A DNA stretch of 64,000 nucleotides from NCBI GenBank assembly GCA_040222015.1, contig JAVJWO010000171.1, positions 1 through 64,000 on the forward strand, written 5' to 3'. The translations under genes were made by a program, and so were the position numbers. Below the pieces are notes generated by a model that saw nothing but the letters and a program-made list of their open reading frames with translations, did no database searches and was not told where the DNA came from. This document shows positions 21,474-32,225 of this stretch, one piece after another (within the stretch, counting starts at the first letter, position 1; every line of letters begins with the position of its first letter). This DNA comes from Coleofasciculus chthonoplastes F2-STO-03. Its GTDB lineage: Bacteria > Cyanobacteriota > Cyanobacteriia > Cyanobacteriales > Coleofasciculaceae.

Positions 21474-22361
21474 TTATTCATAAGTAAACTGCTGTATATA
21501 TTCTGCTGTTATTTCCGGCTTTTCCAGGTGCGGGACATGACCACAGTCATCAATCCATATTAGTTGAGAATTAGAAATAGCCGCTTCAAACTTGTGAGCA
21601 TATTTTGTTCCCAAAATTCGGTCATCTTTTCCCCATAAAATCAAAGTTGGCTGCTGAATTTTGCTCAGTTTTTGGGCAATGGGCGGATATCCTCCACTTT
21701 TAGTAAATGAAATTAATGCCCGATGCCATCCCGGCATTTCTAGATGAAGCGCAGCACAAAGTAAAGCATCAACAGAAACAAATCTGGGATCACAATAGGC
21801 GTTCTTACTAATATTTTCCCGCACCTTGGGACGCCGCAGAAACTCAACCGCCCAATAATCCAAGGGGGGAAACAACAATTTGCCAATGGGCGGGGGACTG
21901 GTGAAACCTGCACTATCCAGCAATACCAGCTTTTTCACGGCTTGGGGATAGGTTAAGGTAAAATCAATCGCCGCCGCCCCTCCCATCGACGCCCCAACCA
22001 GAATTACGGGGACTTCTATTTGGGTTTTCCAGAAATAATACAGATGAGTTGCGATCGCGCTGGCGCTAAACGTGATCCCAGATATCCGATCCGTAAAGCC
22101 AAATCCCAGTAAATCTACCGCCCATGTTTCCTGGTGTTCAGCTAATTTGGGAAACAGGCGACGGAATTCAAAGATGGAACTATCAAAGCCATGTAATAAC
22201 AGGATGGGTGTTCCCCCTTTTCCCTGGTGGACATAAGTGGTGGCAATGGGTTGGGGGTTCAGGGGTGTGAGAATATCTTGGCGTGCGATCGCCTGGGCTT
22301 GGGCAATTGAGGTAGACTCAGTAAGCTGCTGGGTTTGGGCGGGAAGGAAATTGGCAAACAT
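21474..22361 (-). CDS. Alpha/beta fold hydrolase
   Basis: LLHGFDSS, GASMGG nucleophile elbow, WG..D, CGHVPHLE. Confidence 0.9.
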   Translation of the reverse strand: MFANFLPAQTQQLTESTSIAQAQAIARQDILTPLNPQPIATTYVHQGKGGTPILLLHGFDSSIFEFRRLFPKLAEHQETWAVDLLGFGFTDRISGITFSASAIATHLYYFWKTQIEVPVILVGASMGGAAAIDFTLTYPQAVKKLVLLDSAGFTSPPPIGKLLFPPLDYWAVEFLRRPKVRENISKNAYCDPRFVSVDALLCAALHLEMPGWHRALISFTKSGGYPPIAQKLSKIQQPTLILWGKDDRILGTKYAHKFEAAISNSQLIWIDDCGHVPHLEKPEITAEYIQQFTYE

Positions 22362-22568
22362 GAAGTGAAAGTGAGTTTCGACCCAACACTAGGCTTAAGG
22401 GGCGGGTTTGGGAACAAATATTAGAGATTATATCAAGTCTTGTTCAATTTTGCATTCATCGGTAGAAGCAACCTTCACTTAAATCATTTGATAACTCTAA
22501 CAAAAGTAAAGTTTCCAATTTGTCAAGTATAAAGTTAAATTGGCTTACTAAAATCCCTTTAATTCAAA

Positions 22569-22718
22569 TAAGTAGGTTGGTGGAAATAAGCTTAATTAGA
22601 TTAGTTTTTGTAAGCACGCCTCAAACCCTTATATAAACGTAGATTGCTTCTTGATCGGGAAGCGAGTATTACGAATGACAATCCCCACCGCCCGCCTTTA
22701 ATTGTTCCTACCTACTTA
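22569..22718. mobile_element. MITE with TAAGTAGGT...ACCTACTTA ends
   Basis: Terminal inverted repeat; the same end (TAAGTAGGTAGGCACAAT) recurs at ~40355. Confidence 0.6.
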
Positions 22719-22848
22719 CTCTGTTAGTCTGTCTGGTGCTAATGGCTACAGCAATCCTGAATACAAACTGACACTCTAGGGGATGTTAGTCTGAAGTAGA
22801 GTTTTGATTATCTATGCACCTCCTATGTATATCAGAACAATATACCAC

Positions 22849-25665
22849 ATGATTGCCCAGGAGTTGAGGCAAACGTCCCTGGGAACCATCCTGATTATCC
22901 TCTTTGTTGTGCCAATTGCAGCAATGGTAGGGTCAGTGGGATATTTGACTTTCAGCAATGGACAAGCTGTCAATGAGGTAGCTGCTCAATTAGCTCACGA
23001 AATTAGCGATCGCGCTCAGCCCGGCAATTCCTCTAACCATTTAATTTTAGCTAAAACCAACAAATTTTTCCAGCCTAACGCTATTAACACGCGCATGACG
23101 ATTATTTTATGTCTAGGACTATTCGTGAGCACGACATGGATGATCATTTTGATCACACGTTGGCTAAGAAAGTCAACCTCCCAGTCATTTAGCACAGTCC
23201 AAGACAATACTCGTGCTAAGGACTTATTTGAATCGATATTTAATGAATCGGCTGATGCCATTTTTATCGTCAATGCCAAAACTTTGGTGATTTCAGATTG
23301 CAATCACCGTGCGGTGGAACTCTTTGAAGCCCAAAGTAAGCAAGAATTACTCAATACCGAGGGGCATCTTCTCCAAAAAAAAAGATTTACGACCGGACAA
23401 CTCCGTTCTATCGCCAATCAGGTTAAGCGCTATGGCTTTTGGCAGCAAGAGTTAGAATATGTCAGTAAAAAAGGTAACGTATTTTGGGGTAACTTGGCAA
23501 TTCGGCAAATTGATGTGGCAGGTCAGCCAATGCATCTGGTACGGGTGACCGATATTACCCCACGCAAACAAGCCGAAGCAGCGCTACGGATTCGCCAACG
23601 CCAAGACGCCGCGATCGCACAACTGGGTCAAGAGGCATTAATTGAGGCAGATTTATCACTCTTAATGGATTGGACAGTCACTCTAGTTGCCCAAACGTTG
23701 AATCTAGACTATTGCCAAATTCTGCAACGTTTACCCAATGGTGAGGAATTGCTTCTTGTCGCCGGATTCGGTTGGCAAGCGGGATTAGTGGGTCAAGCTA
23801 CAGTGAGTGCTGGAAAAGAATCCCAATTCGGTTATAGTTTGGTCTGTTGGGAACCGATTATTGTCACCGACTTACCCACAGAGACACGATTTCAGGGTTC
23901 ACCTTTACTCCAGGAACATGGGATTGTCAGTGGGATGAGTACGAGAATTCCCGGTCAAAATCAACCCTTTGGCGTATTAGCGGTTCATACCACCCAAAAA
24001 CGCCAATTCACCGATGATGATATTTACTTTTTGCAAGCCATTGCCAATATCATTGCCACAGCCATTGAACGCAAACGCACAGAGGAAGCCTTACGGGAGA
24101 GTGCGGTGCGGGAGAGGGCGATCGCGACAGTCTTGCAACGGATGCGTCAAACCCTGGATATTGACAAGATATTCACAGCGACAACAGAAGAATTGCGCCA
24201 TGTCTTGAGGTGCGATCGCGTCGCCATCTATCGGTTCAATCCGGATTGGAGTGGCGAATTTGTCGCCGAGTCTGTGGCGGAGGGTTGGGTGACGTTAACT
24301 ATTGAACAGCAAAATAACCCTGATCTCAAAGCCGATGCTTTAGAAGAAGAACGTTGTACCCTTAAAACCTTGGATGGCTCAGAAAACCTCTCGATTTCAA
24401 GTTTCTATCCCCAACTTTACCCGCCTTATTCTTGTCCAAACCCTAACATTACCAATCTCCAATCCGATAACTCGCTACAGGATACCTATCTAAAAGACAC
24501 GCAAGGTGGTGCTTACAGCCAAGGTGCAAGTTATCGAGTTGTCGAAGATATTTATAACGCTGGATTTACTCCCTGTTATATCGAACTACTGGAACAATTT
24601 CAAGCCCGATCCTACATTATTGCTCCCATATTTTGTGGTAAAAAACTTTGGGGATTACTTGCTACCTATCAAAATTCCAGTCCTCGCGCTTGGCGAGAAT
24701 TGGAAATCAGTGTCGTGGTACAAATAGCCACTCAGTTTGGCGTCGCCGTACAGCAAGCGCAATTATTACAGAAGACTCAGGAACAAGCCCTAGATCTGAA
24801 ACTCACTTTAAATCAACTCAAACGCACCCAAGCCCAATTGGTTCATAGCGAAAAAATGTCCAGTCTGGGGCAAATGGTTGCGGGTGTGGCACACGAAATT
24901 AACAATCCGGTTAGTTTTATTCATGGTAATTTGACTCCTGCTAAGGACTATTTTCAAGATTTAGTTCGTCTGATTCAAACTTATCAAAAGACCTATCCCA
25001 CTCCCACAGCAGAACTTCAACAACTGATTGAAGACATTGATCTAGAATTTCTGCTCAAAGATTGGCAAAATTTGCTCAACTCCATGCAAATTGGCACCGA
25101 TCGCATCCGTGCCATTGTTCTATCGTTAAGAAACTTCTCCCGCTTGGATGAAAAAGAAATCAAGAAAGTTGATATTCATGAAGGTATTGATAATACCCTT
25201 TTAATTTTACAGCATCGATTGAAAGCAGCAGGTAATGTCCAAAATATTCAGGTGGTTAAAAACTATGGTAAACTGCCATTAATAACCTGTTATGCCAGTC
25301 AGTTGAATCAGGTGTTTATGAATATCCTGAATAATGCGATCGATGCTTTGGAGGATCAACCGTCACCACGATTAATTACTATCTCTACTGAAATCGATAC
25401 GGATAAAAAACAACAGTCAATGGATAATGCAAAATTGACAAGCGACTGTATTGTTATCCGAATCATTGACAATGGTTCGGGTATAAACGAAGATATTAAG
25501 CCAAAAATATTTGATCCATTTTTCACCACTAAGCCTGTCGGTAGTGGTACAGGGTTAGGATTATCGATTAGCCATCAGATTGTCGTCGAAAAACACAAAG
25601 GGCAAATCTATTGCACTTCAACTCTTGGGCAAGGAACCGAATTTATCGTAAAAATTCCATTGTGA
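22849..25665 (+). CDS. Sensor histidine kinase TM-PAS-GAF-GAF(insert-Cys cyanobacteriochrome)-HisKA-HATPase
   Basis: Second GAF reads [23 protein letters not shown]-[Cys-containing insert][32 protein letters not shown]-box AHEINNP; G boxes DNGSG, FFTTK, GTGLGL. Confidence 0.85.
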   Translation: MIAQELRQTSLGTILIILFVVPIAAMVGSVGYLTFSNGQAVNEVAAQLAHEISDRAQPGNSSNHLILAKTNKFFQPNAINTRMTIILCLGLFVSTTWMIILITRWLRKSTSQSFSTVQDNTRAKDLFESIFNESADAIFIVNAKTLVISDCNHRAVELFEAQSKQELLNTEGHLLQKKRFTTGQLRSIANQVKRYGFWQQELEYVSKKGNVFWGNLAIRQIDVAGQPMHLVRVTDITPRKQAEAALRIRQRQDAAIAQLGQEALIEADLSLLMDWTVTLVAQTLNLDYCQILQRLPNGEELLLVAGFGWQAGLVGQATVSAGKESQFGYSLVCWEPIIVTDLPTETRFQGSPLLQEHGIVSGMSTRIPGQNQPFGVLAVHTTQKRQFTDDDIYFLQAIANIIATAIERKRTEEALRESAVRERAIATVLQRMRQTLDIDKIFTATTEELRHVLRCDRVAIYRFNPDWSGEFVAESVAEGWVTLTIEQQNNPDLKADALEEERCTLKTLDGSENLSISSFYPQLYPPYSCPNPNITNLQSDNSLQDTYLKDTQGGAYSQGASYRVVEDIYNAGFTPCYIELLEQFQARSYIIAPIFCGKKLWGLLATYQNSSPRAWRELEISVVVQIATQFGVAVQQAQLLQKTQEQALDLKLTLNQLKRTQAQLVHSEKMSSLGQMVAGVAHEINNPVSFIHGNLTPAKDYFQDLVRLIQTYQKTYPTPTAELQQLIEDIDLEFLLKDWQNLLNSMQIGTDRIRAIVLSLRNFSRLDEKEIKKVDIHEGIDNTLLILQHRLKAAGNVQNIQVVKNYGKLPLITCYASQLNQVFMNILNNAIDALEDQPSPRLITISTEIDTDKKQQSMDNAKLTSDCIVIRIIDNGSGINEDIKPKIFDPFFTTKPVGSGTGLGLSISHQIVVEKHKGQIYCTSTLGQGTEFIVKIPL

Positions 25666-25667
25666 TT

Positions 25668-25702
25668 GGTCATTTGTCATTTGTCATTTGTCATTTGTCA
25701 TT
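25668..25702. repeat. Heptamer STRR (TGTCATT)n
   Basis: Tandem copies; same family at 26320-26390, 34961-35004, 55965-56012 and (ATGACGA)n at 62489-62544. Confidence 0.9.
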
Positions 25703-25770
25703 ATCTCCCCCAGCTTCCAGACGTAGCATGCTACGTCTCTACATTGCTTCCCCAGCTTCCCCTGCACCTT

Positions 25771-26256
25771 TTACCGCCAGCGCAATTGTAAATAGCCGCG
25801 TTCAGGTTGTTTCAATTCCTCATCGGTGAGCCAATCCACAGGCTTATACGTTCCAAAAACTCGATCCCACCAATCGATAGCTAAACCAAAATTGTGATGC
25901 CACATTTGATATTTGTGGTGAACATAGTGAACCGGCATTTTCATCCAGAAACACTTCGTTGGATTTTCGTGCTGTAGCTGATGAGCATAAGCAGAAAAGG
26001 CAGCATAAACCAGTCCGCCTAGGAACCAACCCAGTCCAACTTGCCAGGAATAGAAAAATAAGAGGCACATAACAATAAAGCTACCCCGCACATAATCCCG
26101 AAACTCCCACAAAACCCCCTGTCCTTCGTTGCGGCGGTGATGATCGCGGTGACGTTCACCAATGCGAGCATTAGCGTGCATCAAGCGGTGCATCCAGTAT
26201 TCCACGAAAGAAGCGAGGACAAATGCCAAAACAAAACAGATGATTGGGCTAATCAA
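25771..26256 (-). CDS. Sterol desaturase / fatty-acid hydroxylase family protein
   Basis: His boxes EYWMHRLMH, HRDHH, YAHQLQH, HYVHH; NFG....WWDRVFGT. Confidence 0.85.
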   Translation of the reverse strand: MISPIICFVLAFVLASFVEYWMHRLMHANARIGERHRDHHRRNEGQGVLWEFRDYVRGSFIVMCLLFFYSWQVGLGWFLGGLVYAAFSAYAHQLQHENPTKCFWMKMPVHYVHHKYQMWHHNFGLAIDWWDRVFGTYKPVDWLTDEELKQPERGYLQLRWR

Positions 26257-26546
26257 CTCTTTTTCCTCACACGTTCAACTAATAAATTGAGCGACAATTT
26301 GCTTATCAGTATATTATCGGTCATTTGTCATTTGTCATTCGTCATTTATCATTTATCATTTGTCATTTGTCATTTGTATTTTGTCTTTTGTTATACTCGC
26401 TTCCCGAAAAGCACTCTAATCGGGGCGGGTTTAGTTATATCAGGGTGACAAGCAAATGTTAATGGTAAAACCCGCCCCTACAAAAGACGTTCCACCGGAA
26501 CGTCTCTACAATTTCTCCCCCATCTCCCCTATCTCCCCTATCTTCC

Positions 26547-27887
26547 CTACCCCTGTGCTAAATTCCGGGGTGGAATCGTTCGCCCTTCGTAGAATCGCCG
26601 TTCCAGCAGACTCAATCCGAACCAGCCGAAGCCAGAAATTAATGCCACTCCACTGGAGACAATAGCGGCTACCGTTGCCGTTTTGTCAAAAAATAGTGCT
26701 AGTAATGGGATAATCGCCCAAGCCATTGCCCCCACAACGGCAACACCTCTACGAATCTGGCGAATTCTAGCTAAGGCGGTGCTGCAACTCTTACACTTAA
26801 CCGTATGAGAGTGATAGCGATCCAGTAAAGTCTCCTGTGATAATCGGGGAGGTAAGGGTTGGTCTGGAAATGGGTCTGCATTGTACTGATTTACCCACTG
26901 GCGCAACTCCAACACAAACCGATCAGCTTTAGTGGGTAAGTAAAACGCTTTGCTGAAATTGGCACTCCCGCCTTTGGGCTCTAGATAGCGTTCCTGATAA
27001 TGGAGAAAAATTTGGTCATCTTCCAAAACCCCATTCTGCCCAATGTGAGAATACCAGCGAGGCGTGAGTTTAATCAAGAAACTGGGAAGTTTAGATGCAA
27101 ATTTAAAAGGAAAACGAGCAAATAGGCGACATTCTCCCTTGCGAATCGGCGTCGCATACACCACCGTCATGGTTCTGCCAAACTGTTTCGAGGTGAGGTC
27201 ATGCCACATTAATGTGGGAGCAATAAAGGTGGTGTCTTGGCGTCCTAGGGTTCCTTTCCGGGGTCCTTGTTCCCAAACCCCTTTAAACCCCTGTTTGCCG
27301 GATTCGGTGACTTCTAGCTCAACCGGACTGGCATAGGCGCGATCGCTCACCGAGCGATGATGGGTAAAGGGTACGTGGCTTACATCTAGCACGTTTTCCA
27401 GCAATGTTAAGGCATCATAGGGTAAGTCCCGAAACGTATCGATACAAACCCATTCCTCTGGGGAATCGTTTAAGGGTTCGACGATAGGAACTTTGACATT
27501 GGGCGCGTTTTCTGAGTTGCCGGGGTAAACAAATAATAGCCCTTGACATTCAGTCGTGGGTAAGGCGGTAACGCAGGCGCGTTGAGAGGTTTGGGCGCTA
27601 CTGTCTTCAGTTTGTTGCGGAATGCGATCGCACTTTCCTTCTCCGGTGAATGCCCAACCATGATAGGGACATTCCAGCAGTCCATCTTCAGCAATCCTAC
27701 CCTGGGACAGAGGCGCGAGTCGATGAGGGCATTGATCATCAAAGACACGCCAGCGATCGGTAACCTTGTCCCACCAGATGACTAAATCTCGACCCAGCAG
27801 CGTGAATTGCGTGGGTTGAGACTGATCTAAATCCTTAAGGTAATAAACAGGATACCAGGCTTCTGCGTGATCGAATGAATGGGTCAT
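26547..27887 (-). CDS. Rieske [2Fe-2S] oxygenase, pheophorbide a oxygenase (PaO)-like
   Basis: CPHR...CPYHGW Rieske ligands, ENVLDVSHVPFTH mononuclear Fe site, C-terminal CxxC and two TM segments. Confidence 0.9.
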   Translation of the reverse strand: MTHSFDHAEAWYPVYYLKDLDQSQPTQFTLLGRDLVIWWDKVTDRWRVFDDQCPHRLAPLSQGRIAEDGLLECPYHGWAFTGEGKCDRIPQQTEDSSAQTSQRACVTALPTTECQGLLFVYPGNSENAPNVKVPIVEPLNDSPEEWVCIDTFRDLPYDALTLLENVLDVSHVPFTHHRSVSDRAYASPVELEVTESGKQGFKGVWEQGPRKGTLGRQDTTFIAPTLMWHDLTSKQFGRTMTVVYATPIRKGECRLFARFPFKFASKLPSFLIKLTPRWYSHIGQNGVLEDDQIFLHYQERYLEPKGGSANFSKAFYLPTKADRFVLELRQWVNQYNADPFPDQPLPPRLSQETLLDRYHSHTVKCKSCSTALARIRQIRRGVAVVGAMAWAIIPLLALFFDKTATVAAIVSSGVALISGFGWFGLSLLERRFYEGRTIPPRNLAQG

Positions 27888-28052
27888 GGGTTAGTCTACA
27901 CGGTATTCTCAAAGGTTCCTTGTTTCATCATAAAAAATATAGTCCCCTTCCCTCCCCTTGCAGGGGAGGGCTAGGGAGGGGTCATATCATCTCCCCCTCA
28001 AGAGTTATCATTTCCTTGTTCCGTCTCTTCGGCGCTGGAGCCTTCTGCGATA

Positions 28053-28523
28053 TTACATTTTGCTGATAATCTTCTGCACAATCTGCATTCCCGTCACCGC
28101 TTGCCAGCCAAACAGTCCTAAAAGCCCTGCATTCAGGGCAATATGGCTATAACGTGCCCAATTATGCCCTTTTTGCATAAAGGGTGTCAGAGACGCTGAA
28201 GTGGCAATGATGGCAGTCATCCCCAAGCCCACCAGCAAATGGGAACCGAAAAATAATTTGCCGTTGTTGATGTAAGTGACTGCCATTCCTCCGACGGTGC
28301 CAATCACCATAAAGGCTAACAGGGCTGAACCAATTTGATGGTGTTTGATGTTGTATTTGCCCTTGACTAGCTCTTTGCGGAGTTCACCTTCTGCTGTTCT
28401 CGTCTGTTGAATTTTGATCCCCAAATACAGGGCATAAATAGCAGTTGCCAGCAGCAGCCACATCACTATAGGGTGAAAGAATTGGGAGTAAACTTTAATC
28501 GGTTCTGGGATGTCGAAGTTCAT
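28053..28523 (-). CDS. DUF4079 membrane protein
   Basis: HP..MW...YA.YLG, HHQIG, H...G, R..H..LN pattern. Confidence 0.8.
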   Translation of the reverse strand: MNFDIPEPIKVYSQFFHPIVMWLLLATAIYALYLGIKIQQTRTAEGELRKELVKGKYNIKHHQIGSALLAFMVIGTVGGMAVTYINNGKLFFGSHLLVGLGMTAIIATSASLTPFMQKGHNWARYSHIALNAGLLGLFGWQAVTGMQIVQKIISKM

Positions 28524-28652
28524 AGCTTCTTGGAGCAGTTTTAATATAGTGACAAAAGTTAACATAGCATAGCTGCGGTTTCGTCTAAAGTCTGATCACG
28601 AAACTGGCTTCCCTCCCAAGAGGTAGATTTCCCCTGCAATTAGACAACAGCG

Positions 28653-30122
28653 ATGATCCAAAACACTGATGGCTTACTGCTGAAAGCCGCCCAAAGTGGT
28701 AACTTGACCCAAATCAAAGCCCTACTGAGTCAGGGGGTGAATATCGATTTAACCGATGGCGATGGCACAACAGCATTGATGATCGCGGCTCAACGGGGGT
28801 ATACAGAAATTGTGCGATCGCTAATTGCCGCAGGTGCTAAGGTTAACCTGCCGCGAAAACGATACCATTTAACCGCACTCATGCTAGCCGTTGCCGCCAA
28901 TCAGGTGGATGCAGTGGAAACGCTAATTGCGGCAGGTGCTGATGTTAACGCCAAGAATGAAGATGGTAGCACCGCGCTGATGGTAGCGGCACATAAAGGT
29001 CATCTCACACTGGTGCAACGCTTACTACAAGCAGATGCCGATGTCAATATCCAAGATAAAGATAACGATAACGCCCTGAAGCTAGCGGCGGAAAGTGGTC
29101 ATCTTCAAATTGTCAACATCTTACTTGAAGCCGGGGCAGATGGCACACTCAGTTCAGAGGCATTGCTGCTGGCGGCGAGTGAGGGTCATACTCAGATGGT
29201 GAACCGATTGCTGGAGGGTGGGTTTGATGCCAATACTCGCAACATTGATGGCAGAACCGCACTCATCCAGGCGGCGGAGTTAGGTTATTTATCGATTATT
29301 CAGTCATTGTTGGCGCATGGTGCTGATGTCAATTTGCAAGATGAGGATGGTGAAACGGCGCTGACGTTAGCAGGGGATCAAGGGCATACGTTAGTGGTTC
29401 AAGCTTTAGTCGCGGCGGGTGCGGATGTGAATCACCCCAATCCCAGGGGGGGAACGGCACTAATGGCGGCAGCAGCCGGGGGTCATTGTGACATTGTGAA
29501 AGTATTACTGGATGCAGGCGCAGAGATTAATCTCCAGGATGCGGATGGGGAGACAGCCTTACATTTAGCCTCGGTAGAAGGGCATAGGGCGGTTGTGGAG
29601 GCGTTACTCCCGCGTAATGCTAACGTAGACCTGAAAAATAAGCTCGGTGACACCCCACTGATGCTAGCCGCTTTACATGGTCACACAGAGATTGCGATCG
29701 CGCTAGTGCACCATGGTGCTGACGTAAATACCACCAACCAAGGCGAAACCCCACTTACCCTTGCCCTATTTCAGGGATACCCCGAAACGGTAACAGTATT
29801 GCTCAAAGCGGGGGCAAATGCCAATCTGACCGATATAAAAGGGAAAACCCTGTTAATGAAGGTGGCTGATCAAGGGGATAGTGAACTGATACGCTCATTA
29901 TTAGCAGCCGGGGTTGATGTGAATCAGCGAGATAGTGCCGGGGCGACAGCCTTAATGTGGGCAGCCCATCGAGGTTATATCCCTGCTGTGAAATGTTTAT
30001 TAGACGCGGGTGCGGATGTCACCCTCAAAAATCGGGGGGGCTATACGGCGATGATGATTGCTGAATTTAATGGGTATCCGGAAGTCGTGGGTATCATGAA
30101 AGCTGCAGGGGCGGCTGAGTAG
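28653..30122 (+). CDS. Ankyrin repeat protein
   Basis: About 14 G.TALM.AA..GH..IV..LL.AGADVN repeats. Confidence 0.95.
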   Translation: MIQNTDGLLLKAAQSGNLTQIKALLSQGVNIDLTDGDGTTALMIAAQRGYTEIVRSLIAAGAKVNLPRKRYHLTALMLAVAANQVDAVETLIAAGADVNAKNEDGSTALMVAAHKGHLTLVQRLLQADADVNIQDKDNDNALKLAAESGHLQIVNILLEAGADGTLSSEALLLAASEGHTQMVNRLLEGGFDANTRNIDGRTALIQAAELGYLSIIQSLLAHGADVNLQDEDGETALTLAGDQGHTLVVQALVAAGADVNHPNPRGGTALMAAAAGGHCDIVKVLLDAGAEINLQDADGETALHLASVEGHRAVVEALLPRNANVDLKNKLGDTPLMLAALHGHTEIAIALVHHGADVNTTNQGETPLTLALFQGYPETVTVLLKAGANANLTDIKGKTLLMKVADQGDSELIRSLLAAGVDVNQRDSAGATALMWAAHRGYIPAVKCLLDAGADVTLKNRGGYTAMMIAEFNGYPEVVGIMKAAGAAE

Positions 30123-30253
30123 TCGCACAAAGATTATGTCCGGTCAAACACCCCTGAATAAAAATGTCTGAAACCCTGACAATACAATAACGACAACGAC
30201 AAAGCACTCAGGGAGACTATAAGAAGTAAAAAAAAGGGTAATTTAGCGTAGGA

Positions 30254-31438
30254 GTGACAGCCGTGATAGATGGCAAAGCTATTTCTATTTCTCTGTTTTC
30301 AGGGGCTTTTGGTTTAGACCTAGGTTTAGAGTTAGCCGGATTTCATACCGTAAGCGTGGTTGAGAAAGACCGGGATTCGGTAAAAACCATAGCTCTCAAC
30401 CGACCCTATCTTCATGAAAGTGCTATCCCCAGGGCAATTGAAACAATCAGTACCCAAGATTTACTTTTAGAAGGGGGTCGAGTTTTAGGGAAGGGGAGAG
30501 CATTACGCCCGAATGAGGTGGACTTGGTGGTGGGTGGCGCACCTTGTCAGCCTTTTAGTACAGCAGGAAAAAGGGCTTCAGTCTTGGACCCTCGTGGCAG
30601 TTTATTTATGGAGTTTGTCCGCGTTGTTCGAGACATTCAACCCCGATTTTTCGTAATGGAGAATGTGAAAGGATTACTTTCTGCTGCTATTCGTCACCGA
30701 CCCATTAACCAAAGGGGTGCAGATTATCCACCGTTAGAACCGGACGAAATGAGAGGTGCAGCCCTTCAGGTGGTACTAGCAGAAATGCACGAACTTGGAT
30801 ACAACGTGGTTTACAACCTTTTAGAGGCTGCCGATTATGGGATTCCTCAAAATAGAGAGCGTGTTGTGTTTATTGGTTCCAGAGATGGTGAATCTGTTAC
30901 ATTTCCTTTGGCTACCCATTCTCAAGGCGGTAGAGATTTACCCAAGTGGCGTACTTTACGAGATGCTTTAACCAATTTAGTTGAACAAAATCCAGAGTTT
31001 ACACCTTACTCAGAAAAGCGCTTAAAGTATTTGATACTCCTCAAATCAGGACAAAACTGGAGATATTTACCGGAAAATTTGAAAGAAGAGGCAATGGGAG
31101 GTGCTTACAAGTCAGGTGGTGGTAAAGTTGGATTTTACAGGCGATTGTCCTGGGATAAGCCTTCACCTACTGTGACGACAAGTCCACAGCAAAAAGCCAC
31201 AGATATGTGTCACCCTGTCGAACTGCGTCCTTTGACTATGCGAGAGTGTGCGAGAATCCAAACTTTTCCTGACGACTGGATTTTTTGTGGGTCAATAACG
31301 TCTAAATATAAACAAATTGGTAATGCTGTACCTGTTGGATTAGCAAAAGCCATTGGTACTTATCTTTACAGTTTGATTAAAGGAGATAAACCGCGAGGGA
31401 AAGAACTCGTTGAACAACTCTCACTTTTCCCTTTATAA
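30254..31438 (+). CDS. DNA (cytosine-5) methyltransferase, type II R-M style
   Basis: Motifs I LFSGAFG, IV GGAPCQPFS, VI ENVKG, VIII QNRER, IX RECARIQTFP, X QIGNAVP. The TRD GGGKVGFYRRLSWDKPSPT resembles GGWCC/GGNCC methyltransferases. Confidence 0.92.
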   Translation: MTAVIDGKAISISLFSGAFGLDLGLELAGFHTVSVVEKDRDSVKTIALNRPYLHESAIPRAIETISTQDLLLEGGRVLGKGRALRPNEVDLVVGGAPCQPFSTAGKRASVLDPRGSLFMEFVRVVRDIQPRFFVMENVKGLLSAAIRHRPINQRGADYPPLEPDEMRGAALQVVLAEMHELGYNVVYNLLEAADYGIPQNRERVVFIGSRDGESVTFPLATHSQGGRDLPKWRTLRDALTNLVEQNPEFTPYSEKRLKYLILLKSGQNWRYLPENLKEEAMGGAYKSGGGKVGFYRRLSWDKPSPTVTTSPQQKATDMCHPVELRPLTMRECARIQTFPDDWIFCGSITSKYKQIGNAVPVGLAKAIGTYLYSLIKGDKPRGKELVEQLSLFPL

Positions 31439-31482
31439 AATTTATGCCATTTCATTTACAGAGCAGTGATTAAAAAAGGCTA

Positions 31483-31609
31483 ATACAAAGTTGCGTTCTA
31501 TCATGTCATTCTGAGCGAAGCGAAGAATCTGGACAGATGCTTCGCGTCACTCCGTTTCACTGCGTTATGCTCAGCATGACAGATTCTACCTTAGACTGCA
31601 ACTTGGTAT
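31483..31609. mobile_element. MITE-like element (ATACxAAGTTGC ends) carrying the palindrome GTCATTCTGAGC...GCTCAGCATGAC
   Basis: ATACAAAGTTGCGTTCTA versus reverse complement of right end ATACCAAGTTGCAGTCTA. Confidence 0.65.
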
Positions 31610-31651
31610 AAGATTAGCTTTTGTCTCAGCTAATTGCACTGATCAATCAAG

Positions 31652-32112
31652 TTAAGAATTATTTGAAGTTTCGCTGGCAGCCAATTGAGAAAAAGCTTTG
31701 TCAATTCTCTGCAACATGGTTCTGACATGGTTTTCAACAAAATTATAATCCATACAAATCTTCTGCCAAAATTCTGAACCTGCGATTCGAGGAATTTGAC
31801 TGCTATTTGAGAATGTCCATTGACCCAAATCAAAGGCAGCTATGAATAGGGGGTTTTCCTGAATACTTAACTCCTTTTCAGCTCTGGTTTTTTGGGAGCC
31901 TGTTAATGTATAGCAGTAGACACATCGATTAGGACAAACGAACTGTTGTAGAGACGTTGCATGCAACGTCTCTACTAAATGATGCGTCCTAACCGCTATG
32001 GCGATTGCTATATGTGAGTAGCATCAATTAAAGAGGCGTGTTCTAAAATTAGTGCTTTCCGCTCCTTGACAGAATGTTGTCTGAGAATCTCAGCAGTTAA
32101 CTCACTCGGCAT
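31652..32112 (-). pseudogene. Disrupted putative type II restriction endonuclease convergent with the methyltransferase
   Basis: N-terminal piece 32112-32013 (MPSELTAEILRQHSVKERKALILEHASLIDATH) and C-terminal piece ~31910-31652 (TLTGSQK...IAGSEFWQKI...) are separated by a MITE and remain out of frame when it is removed. Confidence 0.55.
31909..32012. mobile_element. TA-flanked MITE (TATAGCA...TGCTATA) containing a GTAGAGACG REP
   Basis: Inverted ends TATAGCA/TGCTATA, inner TTAGGAC/GTCCTAA, central GTAGAGACGTTGCATGCAACGTCTCTAC. Confidence 0.75.
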
Positions 32113-32225
32113 AAGCGTTTCTTGTCATAATTGTGCGTTCTTAGTATCCCAAAACTATCCCAAAATTCACAATTCTAATTAATCCTTAGAGTGCCATGTA
32201 GTGATTAAGTGACTGACAAACATTG

